Origin: Nanobdellota archaeon
GTDB taxonomy: Archaea; Nanobdellota; Nanobdellia; Woesearchaeales; JACPBV01
Direction: 5' to 3'
NCBI GenBank assembly: GCA_027623355.1
Contig: JAQBWB010000002.1
Location: forward strand, 1 to 35,293
DNA: 35,293 bases
Of the stretch, positions 22,022 to 30,692 are shown one piece after another. Every line of letters starts with the position of its first letter. Position 1 is the stretch's first letter. Below the pieces are notes generated by a model. It saw nothing but the letters and a program-made list of their open reading frames with translations, was not told where the DNA came from and searched no databases. Made by a program: the position numbers and the translations under genes.

Positions 22022-25000
22022 TCACTTCTTTCTCTTCAAGTGCCTTCTAACACACATCCGAGTGTAGTGATGCTTTAGATGCACATGTGGATGCAGCACC
22101 TGACGCCACATCAACTTCCAATAGTGCCACGGCTTCTCCCATAGAGTATTTGGAGAGCTCTCCATAAAGTGGCCTACATACAACACATGCATCCGATCAT
22201 GTGCCTTTCGAGCAGCATGCACATTACCTTTCTTCAAATGCCCACGAATAACCTTTCGTAGCATCTTCATCTTAAACAACGGATGATCAAATTGCATAAC
22301 CCGTTTGCGATGCCTCTTAACCCGTTTCCACAGGTAGCGTTTTAGCAAGAAATTATGCTTGCCAGCATCAATCACCAAATAATGTCTGTTCAATTCCCGA
22401 TACAATGCATGTGCCTCCTCAACACGCTTTTTTCGTGTATAATGATTCAACGACTTGTGCACCTTCCAGAACCGTGCAAATGATTTGTTAGTATGCACTA
22501 GAGTGAAGAACACAGCCTTGTTCAACAAGAAGGAAGCTAATATCAGTAAGAAGATTCTAATAATTTGCTTGGGAGTGATTGTTTTGAACGAAAATCCTTT
22601 GAAACAATCAATGGGACAGTTCAGTTCATCCTCTCCCTGTCCACAGACACCGTTACCACATTTACATCCCGTCGCATCAAAGGTAGCATCATCCGAAATC
22701 CGCTGCCCAACCAAGATGTATCTGTCTTTACTAGAGCAAGCATCAATATGTAAGTCATAATACAACGTGTTTCCAACAGCAGTTTCAACTCCCGCAGCTA
22801 TAATTTCCCGAGCTATAATCTTCTCGATAAGTTTTCTTGAAACCTCTTGATCAATCAAACCAGTGTGCGTCACATTAATGTCCCAATAATTAGTACATCT
22901 ATTGTTAATGTATTCATCCCCGATACGCTGAGCGCTTTTAATAGTGACCAAACCATCGTGAGTCTCATTAGTAGCATCAATTTCAAGCAAGTTACCAAAC
23001 TGCTGCGTATTCGTTCCAGCAATAACAAAATAATCAACTCCAGGTAGTCGTGGAGTAACAAGGCCTTCTTTCAACAGATCAATGAGCTGGTTATTAACAT
23101 TAAACAGGTTGTTGTACTTACTTACTTTGTTAACCAAGAACTTATACACCTTCAGATAATTTTCAAGGAACGCTGCACCTTCATTAGGAACACCCACCAA
23201 GATAACTTTTTTCACTTTAGGGATAAAGGTATATTTCTGTGTTACATTATTAGCAACAAACGCATCATACAACGTTTTCTGAGCAACAATCCCCCCTAGA
23301 CTGTGAGCAGCAATGTACAAATTATCAAATTCTTCAACGTTCAACTCAATACTATCCATCAAATCTTGAGTAATATCATCTATTGTACGCGTACTACTAT
23401 ATCCATACGTCCACGTCTGGAACGGCTGCTCAGTAAGCTCGATATCAGCAATAATATCCTCAAACGTATCCGGACTACTAGTAAATCCGTGGACTAATAA
23501 TACGGCATCTCGCGAAGTACCATTATACACTTTCTCGAATGAAGAGTTCACACAGAATTCACAGATAGTTCCCATAATCGTGAATAACCCTACGCTTTCA
23601 TTGTCCAGGTACTGTTCAATCGATTCAATCTCTGCCGTCACCGTACCCGCATCCTTATCAATCACCCCACCTAATGGATTCCATTCATCATTCTGACGAG
23701 CAAAAATTTGCAATCCATCAATATCAATATTCTTAGTTTGATCCTCCAAATAAGCCAATGTCAATGTACTCGTTCCCGTATCCTCAATCCGCAAGTGCGA
23801 CGGGTTACCAATAATTTTCAGGAACTCATTGACTGCCTCTTCTACTGTTTCATTACGTGCAACGAATTCAACACCATCAACCGTAACATTACCTTCAGAA
23901 AGATTAACATCTGTCGTATCTGCTTCAAGTTCCGTCCGTTTGAATTTGCCTGTATCCGAATCAAAGCACTCCAAGCGGGAAGTCACATTGATAAGAGTCG
24001 GAACACACACATCTCCAGTACATCTGAGCATCGTCAAGTTCACATACTGCTCAGGGATACTTACCGTAAAGTCAATCTCATGCCCAGCACACTGGATTCG
24101 GAACGGATCCAATACTACTTGGAATCCTTCAGGAACATCCGTTTCCTCAACTGTCGACTGATGAATACTAACATCTCCCCCCTTCCCGCCTGAAACCCGT
24201 CTACAAGGAAGTGTTGTAGCACCTAACTGGAGACCATTTTTAGATCCAGGAGATGCCAAAGAAACCGATGCAGCAGCAGCCGCAGGTGCAGCCGCAGGTG
24301 CAGCTGCAGCCGGAGCCGGAGGTGCAGGCGAATAGCTCACAGGACACGTGCCACAATCTCCCATACAGTTACTACACGTTTCAGCCCCGTTACAAGTGCC
24401 ATCTCCACACCAATCACAATCAGCCTTACAGCTAGTAGCCTCACCCCCACCACAATACCCATCGCCACAGTAAGAGGAAGCAGCGACAGTAACCCTAACC
24501 TGTTCTGAGAAATAATACTCAGAATCATTGAAACCGATAGTTACGATAGACGAACCAGTATAATCCAGTGCAGGAGTAAATGTAGCAATCGAGGTTGTTT
24601 GATTAATCACCACATTAACTGTACTCGAAGTATTTCCAGTAACATTAAACGACATAGGGTCCCCATCTTGATCCGCATAATATTGCAACAACGTAATCGA
24701 TTTAGGCGTATTCTGCCCGACACTTAGCGTAAGCAAGCTATTATTGATGAACGGAGGACTATTCAAAATCGTCAATGTCTCACTAAACACGGGCGTCCCA
24801 TTATCAAACGTATCATCTGCCGTTGCCGATACATTCACGACATCCCCCTTAGAAAAGTTACTAGCACTAAACGTACCACTTATGGCATAGCTGCCTTGAG
24901 TTAAAGAAACAACCGTCTCATTTCTAGCAGGTGTACCATTCACATACCATCTAAAAGTAATACTTCCGCCATCCCCATCATCATCAGAATAGTTAGCCTG

Positions 25001-28000
25001 CACCCACAAATCATCCACAGATCGTACATTAGAATCATTCAACGTAACGTTATCCGCTACTGGAGGACTATTCACAATAGTAATCTCTGCACTGGCTACA
25101 GCAGGAGAGGTCCCTGCCACAGTATCCTTAGCAGTAGCTGTAACATATACAGTATTACCTCGAGAATAAAGCACACCAGTAAAGTTACCTACCGCGGTAC
25201 CTCCCGTGAGAATGGTACTAGCAGTCTTACTAGAGCTAAAGATACTATTTACATACAATGCAAATGTAACATTAGAAGTATCCCCATCCGGATCCGTAAC
25301 GGTAACATTCACACCGACAATATCTTTAGCCTTCACCTGCGTGTTGTTCAATAAAGGAACACCAACAGAAGGATACCCATTAGCGATCGTCGTAACATCG
25401 CTCCAATAAGTATCAGAAATATCGGTGCTATCATTCGCAACAATCGTCACATTAATCTCATCAGTTCGATTATAAAAACTGAGGCTAAGGTTCGATGACA
25501 CAAAGGTACCATTTGTAAGATTAAAAATAGTTTCATTAAAGATAGCAGTAGCATTCAGGTACCACGTAAATGTCAAACTCCCATTATCTCCATCGTTATC
25601 GATAAAGGTAGCATTAATGGAGGCATTTTCAGAGGAATTGAAAAACGGATTAACAAAAGTTGCAAAGTTAAAGGAAATATTTTGAACAAGGGGGGGACCA
25701 TTCGCAACCGTCAACGTAAGACTGGTAATCGTAGTATTATCTTCAGTATCATTTGCAACCACGGTCAAATTAATCTTATCATTCCTGTTAAAGTTAGCAC
25801 TATCAAGAGTAGAGAACACAGTAGCTCCACTAGCACCCAAAGCAATGAATTTATTAGATTGAACAACAACATTATTTACCCTCCAATATAGGTTAGCGGT
25901 TCCAGTATCTCCATCATAATCCGAATAATTAGCCTCCCCATACAAATCATCATTCGAATTAGGAGCACTATTATTAATTCCAGGTCTGGAAACATTTGAG
26001 GGCGTATTCGTAACCGTAGCATTCGTCCCCTTAATAGCCGCAACATTGTTAGTAGCATCCGTGGCATTAGCATAGGAAACAATCACTGTATTTTTCATGT
26101 AATTGTTATAACTAAAGTTCACCACAACAACCCCTCCGGATACAACATGATACACCGTCCTCCTATCCTCAATTCTTCCACTCACACTAAGATATATCGT
26201 AACATTCCCATTATCTCCATCAATATCGGTATAGGTAGTATTGGCAGTTACATTCGCACGCGAAATAGTTGTAGAAGTATTAATAATCGGCGCAGTAACC
26301 ACTGGAGCACCATTCGCAACCGTTAAACTCTGACTATTCACAACTGTTGAATTATCACTACTATCATTAGCATATACCGAGAAATTAATGATTAATCCTT
26401 TTGTAAGATTAGTACGCGACAGGTTCGATCGAGCAATAGTACTACTCAACACCGGCTGAATCGTTTCATTGAAAATTGCAGTACCATTCAAGAACCACGT
26501 AAAGTGCACACTACCATTATCTCCATTCGCATCTGTAAACGTTACATTCCCATACAAATCATCATGCGTTGTAATGGTCAGGGTATTATTCAAGGTAGCA
26601 TTAGCAAGCGTAGGAGCAATATTGCTTCCAGAGGCGACACAACTACTTCCGTCACAAGTACCATAATCAGGATCAAAGTTTCCATTTCTAAGAGTAGCAT
26701 CACAAAAATCACCATTACTACAAGAGGTGCTACAAGCATCTGCATAGATAGAACCTGCAGTCCCATTACACAAATAGCCTGAGGTCCAACATACGCTAGA
26801 TCCATCACACTGCCCATCCTGCAAGAAACCACTACCATTGATACTACTATCGCACGCAAATCCTCCTTCAGTTCCACTACAGGCGTTGAAATAATTCGCA
26901 GAGGAAATATCACTCACCGCGCACGCCTCCAATTTACAACTCATAGTTATGATGCCGGCAGATGAGCAAGCACTTGAAACACACACCCCAGTCCCATTCG
27001 GCTGATACCCTGAAGCAGAGCTGTCTGCACAAATCATCCCCTCACTCCCAGCAGTACAACTAGAATTCTCATTTCCTGAATGGAAATTAACTGCAACCCC
27101 TCCCGTCAAATTATCACCATATTCGCCTGATGAAGTACCAACCGAACAGGTAGCAGACGTATAACCATTCCGAGCACAAATGCCTTTTAACGTAGAGTCA
27201 GAATAATAATCACAACTTGCACCCAAGTGATCAATACATTCAGTTACATTATGACATCTATCAGCAGTACTAATCTGACTGTCCCCACTTAAATCAATGC
27301 ACGTATTAGTAGTATTACCAAACGACACATTAACGTAACATCCCTCCCCCCAATTCTCAGCCACACTCAACCGACAAGCAATCCCGCTAGCACTATTCTG
27401 TGCCATCGAGGTAATATTACCAAACGTAATGTTCTGATAGTGTCTACCTTCTGTAATAACATCAACCGTATGCCTACCAGTTGTATTACACGAATAATCC
27501 AAGAACGAATATCCTGCAACAGCATATACTCTGTCAACCGATTGAGCCAACGTAATCAAGCTACCATTCTCCAACAACAGATAACTATTCGCAGAAGAAA
27601 AATTATTGATCCGATCAAATAGCACATCCTCTCCACACCGCAATGTGTTCAACTTCAGATCATCCTGTGTATACGGATTATCTTCAGTCATCTCTCGATA
27701 CCGAGTTCCATTTACCGTAAAGATCGTCAAATTAGCATTACCTGAAGTCTCAAACTTAACCGTCCACTCCCCGCCCAATGCAGGATAACTCTGCACATTC
27801 AAAATTGTTAAACTAATCTCATACGTCTGATTCGAAAGGTGAGGTACAACCCATTCAATCTCCTCTAGCAATCCATTATGATCACGATCAACACCCACAA
27901 AGTCAACCTCCACTCGACCATCCGGAGTAATCCAATGTAAGATAACATTTGCCGCCTCAATCTCTCTCGGCAATGAGGAATAAGCAACAATATCTTCGTA

Positions 28001-29992
28001 GTGCACATCCGAACTAATCACAACCTCTTTAGTAGTGTTCGTCAACATTCTCTCCGATGCCCGAGGTGCCTCCGTGTAATATTCAACAGCTACCTCGCTA
28101 GCAATCTCTCCAATAATCACCTCAGAAACACCCGCATCTGAAGAGGTATCCGCAATAGCAAATCCAGTTACCGTAACTGATTTCAACCAAGCAAAGAATC
28201 TTGGCAACAACCCATCGCCAACCGTGCTAGCAACTACATAACCCGTCAACACATTTTTCTCATTTCTAAGAGCAACCAATTCCCGATTAATGTCTCCCAC
28301 AGAAGAAATCGCAGTAGGACTATCTCGAACGAGTGCAAGTTTCTCATTCGCTAATCTTTCCTCAATTTTTTCAATATGATCAATCCGCTTCTCAGCCCGG
28401 AACAAGCTCAAGTTCTTGAGCCTTCCCGCATCCCTAACAACCACTTTCTCCAAGCTCCTATTATCAGAAAGATCAATCACCGAGATATTCAAAATAGCCG
28501 AACTAATATTCACGCTCAGGTTAATTACATCCTCAGACGAATTAACAAAGGTGACCCACCGTACAGGCTCATTCAACCGCACCTTGGGCTTTTCAGTAAC
28601 GACAACCACATCAACATCATCCATGCTAGCTGGACGCGAAACTACATCTATCCACATCACAGGCGAGGTTGCCGAGTAATGCCCATCTGTTGCCGTAAAG
28701 TACAAGCCACCACGTCCAATCTCCTCAGTTGTAATCGTAACAATACTCCCATCTAACACAACATCAACAATCCCCTCAACAAAGTAGGAGTAATTCAATG
28801 CATCTCTATCCTCATCCACAAAATAATCATTAAGATCAATGTAGTGTACATCTCCGGCGTACCACGTTCTATTAGAAAAGTTTTGAACCAATACTGGAGG
28901 ATACAAAGAGATATTGAATTCCTGTAAAACGGTGTAGTGAACCGAATCCACATCCAAGGTACCAGCATCAACCTCAACCCTAAAGGTAATCAAAGAAGCA
29001 TTAACATTCAATAGACAACTTTCAACACAACGTCCCTCAAAGACTATTCTTCGCTCAATAAATTCAGCAGTCGAATACTCCACGTCAGAATACCGAATAT
29101 CACTAGTAACCGCCTCCAGATCAAGCGCATAATGTACCAACCGACTTGAAATAGTATTCATAGTCTCCATTGCATACCGATCTGCCGTTAGATAGAATGG
29201 TGCATCCCACGATCCAACAGCCTCCAATCCAACAAATCCACAACAATCAACAGCTCCCTGACAAGCTACCGGTTTGCTATTAACACTCCAAATGCTACAT
29301 AATCTCTCTGTATCCACCACACTATCGGTTTCAACACTATACGTAAAATATTCATCCGTGTGCGCAACCAACCTATCGGGAGCGATAAGACGTATATCGA
29401 GAGTAACATTCAAAGCAACCTCCGCAACAGTGCTTTCATTTTCAACTTCACCATCATCCACAACTAATCCCGTAATCGAGCTTAATCCCGCATAAGAGCT
29501 ATCATACACCAAGTACGATTCATTACCTACGTCCGCATATACTCTAGCTACTCCATCCTTACTCAAACTCCCACTAATACTCAAACTACTCAAACTGCCT
29601 GGATGCAATAACTCAAATGTATAACTAGCATTCCCACTAAACCGCTCACCAACCGTTTCCTCAAACCCAACCTGTTCACTAATAGTTACAAATCCAACAA
29701 ACGGCTTGAAGAATGCAAACATCGACAGCGCAACAATTACGAGCAGAAACGCAACAACCTGTGCAACCTCTTTCTTCGCAGCAATCTTAGCCCGATGACT
29801 AAACAATTTTTTCCATTCAGCTCGAGAACGATCCGACACACTCTCCCGCATCAAGCTTCGATAGTTATGAGGAGTAATCTCCCTATTTCGATATTCTTTC
29901 TCAATCGAAGAAATATCCTTAGCTATCGCCCTTTCGAGATCAGCACGGCTACAGGAATCTACTCCTCTTTCAGTAAATCTCCTATCTGACAT
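22022..29992 (-). CDS. Giant (2656 aa) two-TM-anchored, sequon-rich surface protein with PKD-like repeats, Cys-rich modules and an alpha/beta-hydrolase domain
   Basis: One uninterrupted ORF. The N-terminal 76 aa are polar, followed by a TM segment (aa 77-95). Seven modules carry DxDGD motifs (TDANGDNG, TDIDGDNG, SDYDGDTG, IDNDGDNG, TDPDGDTS, SDDDGDGG, ADQDGDPM). There are two Cys-rich regions and a Pro/Ala linker. The hydrolase motifs are LLVHGF...AAHSLGG...THDG. A second TM segment and a 157-aa His/Lys/Arg-rich tail follow. Confidence 0.85.
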   Translation of the reverse strand: MSDRRFTERGVDSCSRADLERAIAKDISSIEKEYRNREITPHNYRSLMRESVSDRSRAEWKKLFSHRAKIAAKKEVAQVVAFLLVIVALSMFAFFKPFVGFVTISEQVGFEETVGERFSGNASYTFELLHPGSLSSLSISGSLSKDGVARVYADVGNESYLVYDSSYAGLSSITGLVVDDGEVENESTVAEVALNVTLDIRLIAPDRLVAHTDEYFTYSVETDSVVDTERLCSIWSVNSKPVACQGAVDCCGFVGLEAVGSWDAPFYLTADRYAMETMNTISSRLVHYALDLEAVTSDIRYSDVEYSTAEFIERRIVFEGRCVESCLLNVNASLITFRVEVDAGTLDVDSVHYTVLQEFNISLYPPVLVQNFSNRTWYAGDVHYIDLNDYFVDEDRDALNYSYFVEGIVDVVLDGSIVTITTEEIGRGGLYFTATDGHYSATSPVMWIDVVSRPASMDDVDVVVVTEKPKVRLNEPVRWVTFVNSSEDVINLSVNISSAILNISVIDLSDNRSLEKVVVRDAGRLKNLSLFRAEKRIDHIEKIEERLANEKLALVRDSPTAISSVGDINRELVALRNEKNVLTGYVVASTVGDGLLPRFFAWLKSVTVTGFAIADTSSDAGVSEVIIGEIASEVAVEYYTEAPRASERMLTNTTKEVVISSDVHYEDIVAYSSLPREIEAANVILHWITPDGRVEVDFVGVDRDHNGLLEEIEWVVPHLSNQTYEISLTILNVQSYPALGGEWTVKFETSGNANLTIFTVNGTRYREMTEDNPYTQDDLKLNTLRCGEDVLFDRINNFSSANSYLLLENGSLITLAQSVDRVYAVAGYSFLDYSCNTTGRHTVDVITEGRHYQNITFGNITSMAQNSASGIACRLSVAENWGEGCYVNVSFGNTTNTCIDLSGDSQISTADRCHNVTECIDHLGASCDYYSDSTLKGICARNGYTSATCSVGTSSGEYGDNLTGGVAVNFHSGNENSSCTAGSEGMICADSSASGYQPNGTGVCVSSACSSAGIITMSCKLEACAVSDISSANYFNACSGTEGGFACDSSINGSGFLQDGQCDGSSVCWTSGYLCNGTAGSIYADACSTSCSNGDFCDATLRNGNFDPDYGTCDGSSCVASGSNIAPTLANATLNNTLTITTHDDLYGNVTFTDANGDNGSVHFTWFLNGTAIFNETIQPVLSSTIARSNLSRTNLTKGLIINFSVYANDSSDNSTVVNSQSLTVANGAPVVTAPIINTSTTISRANVTANTTYTDIDGDNGNVTIYLSVSGRIEDRRTVYHVVSGGVVVVNFSYNNYMKNTVIVSYANATDATNNVAAIKGTNATVTNTPSNVSRPGINNSAPNSNDDLYGEANYSDYDGDTGTANLYWRVNNVVVQSNKFIALGASGATVFSTLDSANFNRNDKINLTVVANDTEDNTTITSLTLTVANGPPLVQNISFNFATFVNPFFNSSENASINATFIDNDGDNGSLTFTWYLNATAIFNETIFNLTNGTFVSSNLSLSFYNRTDEINVTIVANDSTDISDTYWSDVTTIANGYPSVGVPLLNNTQVKAKDIVGVNVTVTDPDGDTSNVTFALYVNSIFSSSKTASTILTGGTAVGNFTGVLYSRGNTVYVTATAKDTVAGTSPAVASAEITIVNSPPVADNVTLNDSNVRSVDDLWVQANYSDDDGDGGSITFRWYVNGTPARNETVVSLTQGSYAISGTFSASNFSKGDVVNVSATADDTFDNGTPVFSETLTILNSPPFINNSLLTLSVGQNTPKSITLLQYYADQDGDPMSFNVTGNTSSTVNVVINQTTSIATFTPALDYTGSSIVTIGFNDSEYYFSEQVRVTVAASSYCGDGYCGGGEATSCKADCDWCGDGTCNGAETCSNCMGDCGTCPVSYSPAPPAPAAAAPAAAPAAAAASVSLASPGSKNGLQLGATTLPCRRVSGGKGGDVSIHQSTVEETDVPEGFQVVLDPFRIQCAGHEIDFTVSIPEQYVNLTMLRCTGDVCVPTLINVTSRLECFDSDTGKFKRTELEADTTDVNLSEGNVTVDGVEFVARNETVEEAVNEFLKIIGNPSHLRIEDTGTSTLTLAYLEDQTKNIDIDGLQIFARQNDEWNPLGGVIDKDAGTVTAEIESIEQYLDNESVGLFTIMGTICEFCVNSSFEKVYNGTSRDAVLLVHGFTSSPDTFEDIIADIELTEQPFQTWTYGYSSTRTIDDITQDLMDSIELNVEEFDNLYIAAHSLGGIVAQKTLYDAFVANNVTQKYTFIPKVKKVILVGVPNEGAAFLENYLKVYKFLVNKVSKYNNLFNVNNQLIDLLKEGLVTPRLPGVDYFVIAGTNTQQFGNLLEIDATNETHDGLVTIKSAQRIGDEYINNRCTNYWDINVTHTGLIDQEVSRKLIEKIIAREIIAAGVETAVGNTLYYDLHIDACSSKDRYILVGQRISDDATFDATGCKCGNGVCGQGEDELNCPIDCFKGFSFKTITPKQIIRIFLLILASFLLNKAVFFTLVHTNKSFARFWKVHKSLNHYTRKKRVEEAHALYRELNRHYLVIDAGKHNFLLKRYLWKRVKRHRKRVMQFDHPLFKMKMLRKVIRGHLKKGNVHAARKAHDRMHVLYVGHFMESSPNTLWEKPWHYWKLMWRQVLHPHVHLKHHYTRMCVRRHLKRKK

Positions 29993-30278
29993 GCTTCACC
30001 TTTTTCGTAGCCTTACTATATGCAGTCCACACCGTTTTGTAATCTCGATGCAATACTGCTGCAATCTCCTTGAACGACAATCCCTGCTCATCCTTGAGAT
30101 ACAAACAAACAGCCTCCTGCATACCTAATTCAGGTCTAAACGCAGAAACAGGAACGCTTTTTTCATTCGAACCAACCAACTCAGAAAATAATTCGGGATG
30201 TTCAATCAACTGCTCCTTGAGCTTACCCAAAAGAACATCAATAGCCGCAATCTGACGCTCCTTCAACTTACCGACCAT
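29982..30278 (-). CDS. Small HTH protein (sigma-70 region 4 / LuxR-type-like), paralog 2
   Basis: 98 aa. LGMQEAVCLYLKDEQGLSFKEIAAVLHRDYKTVWTAYSKATKKV fits the pattern of a helix-turn-helix protein. It overlaps the giant gene start by 11 nt. Confidence 0.6.
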   Translation of the reverse strand: MVGKLKERQIAAIDVLLGKLKEQLIEHPELFSELVGSNEKSVPVSAFRPELGMQEAVCLYLKDEQGLSFKEIAAVLHRDYKTVWTAYSKATKKVKHVR

Positions 30279-30528
30279 GCTTCACCTTAGCATTAAAGTT
30301 AGCACTCCACACTGTCTTGTAATCTCGATGTAACAATGCAGCAATCTCCTTGAACGACTTCCCTTTCTTCACTAAATCACTACACACCGCCTCCTGCATA
30401 CCTAATTCCGCAGAAAACACAGATAACGGAATTTCAGACGGAACAGAGTCAGTTTCATCAATCAAAATCTTTCGTAACCTAGAACAAAGTACCTCAATAG
30501 CCTTTTTTTTCGGTGTAACCGAATCCAC
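30268..30528 (-). CDS. Small HTH protein (sigma-70 region 4 / LuxR-type-like), paralog 1
   Basis: 86 aa with a GTG start. LGMQEAVCSDLVKKGKSFKEIAALLHRDYKTVWSANFNAKV is close to paralog 2. It overlaps paralog 2 by 11 nt through the same AAGGTGAAGCATG junction. Confidence 0.55.
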   Translation of the reverse strand: MDSVTPKKKAIEVLCSRLRKILIDETDSVPSEIPLSVFSAELGMQEAVCSDLVKKGKSFKEIAALLHRDYKTVWSANFNAKVKHGR

Positions 30529-30550
30529 ACTTCTTAATTAATAAGATTTA

Positions 30551-30558
30551 CTTATAAA
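30551..30558 (-). promoter_or_regulatory. TATA box for the HTH-HTH-giant protein operon
   Basis: The minus strand reads tttataag, 23 nt upstream of the GTG start at 30528. Confidence 0.45.
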
Positions 30559-30594
30559 TATTCCTAATAATTAGCTTAAAATGAACATAAATAC

Positions 30595-30630
30595 ACAATA
30601 ATCAACAATAATCAACAATAATCAACAATA
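30595..30630. repeat. 10-bp tandem repeat, atcaacaata x 3.6
   Basis: acaata is followed by three perfect copies of atcaacaata (30601-30630). The period is one helical turn. The tract lies about 40-80 bp upstream of the TATA box. Confidence 0.9.
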
Positions 30631-30654
30631 GTGTTCTTATCTAATAAGAACACT
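30630..30654. promoter_or_regulatory. Perfect 11-bp-arm palindrome agtgttcttat-cta-ataagaacact
   Basis: It directly abuts the 10-bp repeat tract. It has the same arm-cta-arm layout as the palindrome at 18132-18150. Confidence 0.5.
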
Positions 30655-30692
30655 AAACTAAGAGAAATTGCAAAAATAAGGAAAAAAGACAC

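Noticed and set aside
21873-22067. 64-aa ORF (MHSILRSKFFHLSQ...), and the similar 32486-32680 ORF
   Set aside because: Both start inside the MITE terminal repeat (gtATGtgcatagc). Their frames are not preserved between copies, because indels in the cores change the reading frame. The 21873 ORF also runs into the 3' end of the giant gene on the opposite strand.
24253-24335. GC-rich near-tandem DNA (gcagcagcagccgcaggtgcagccgcaggtgcagctgcagcc) as a separate repeat element
   Set aside because: On the minus strand it is in frame within the giant ORF, where it encodes the Pro/Ala linker (SPAPPAPAAAAPAAAPAAAAAS). It is a coding low-complexity linker, not an independent feature.
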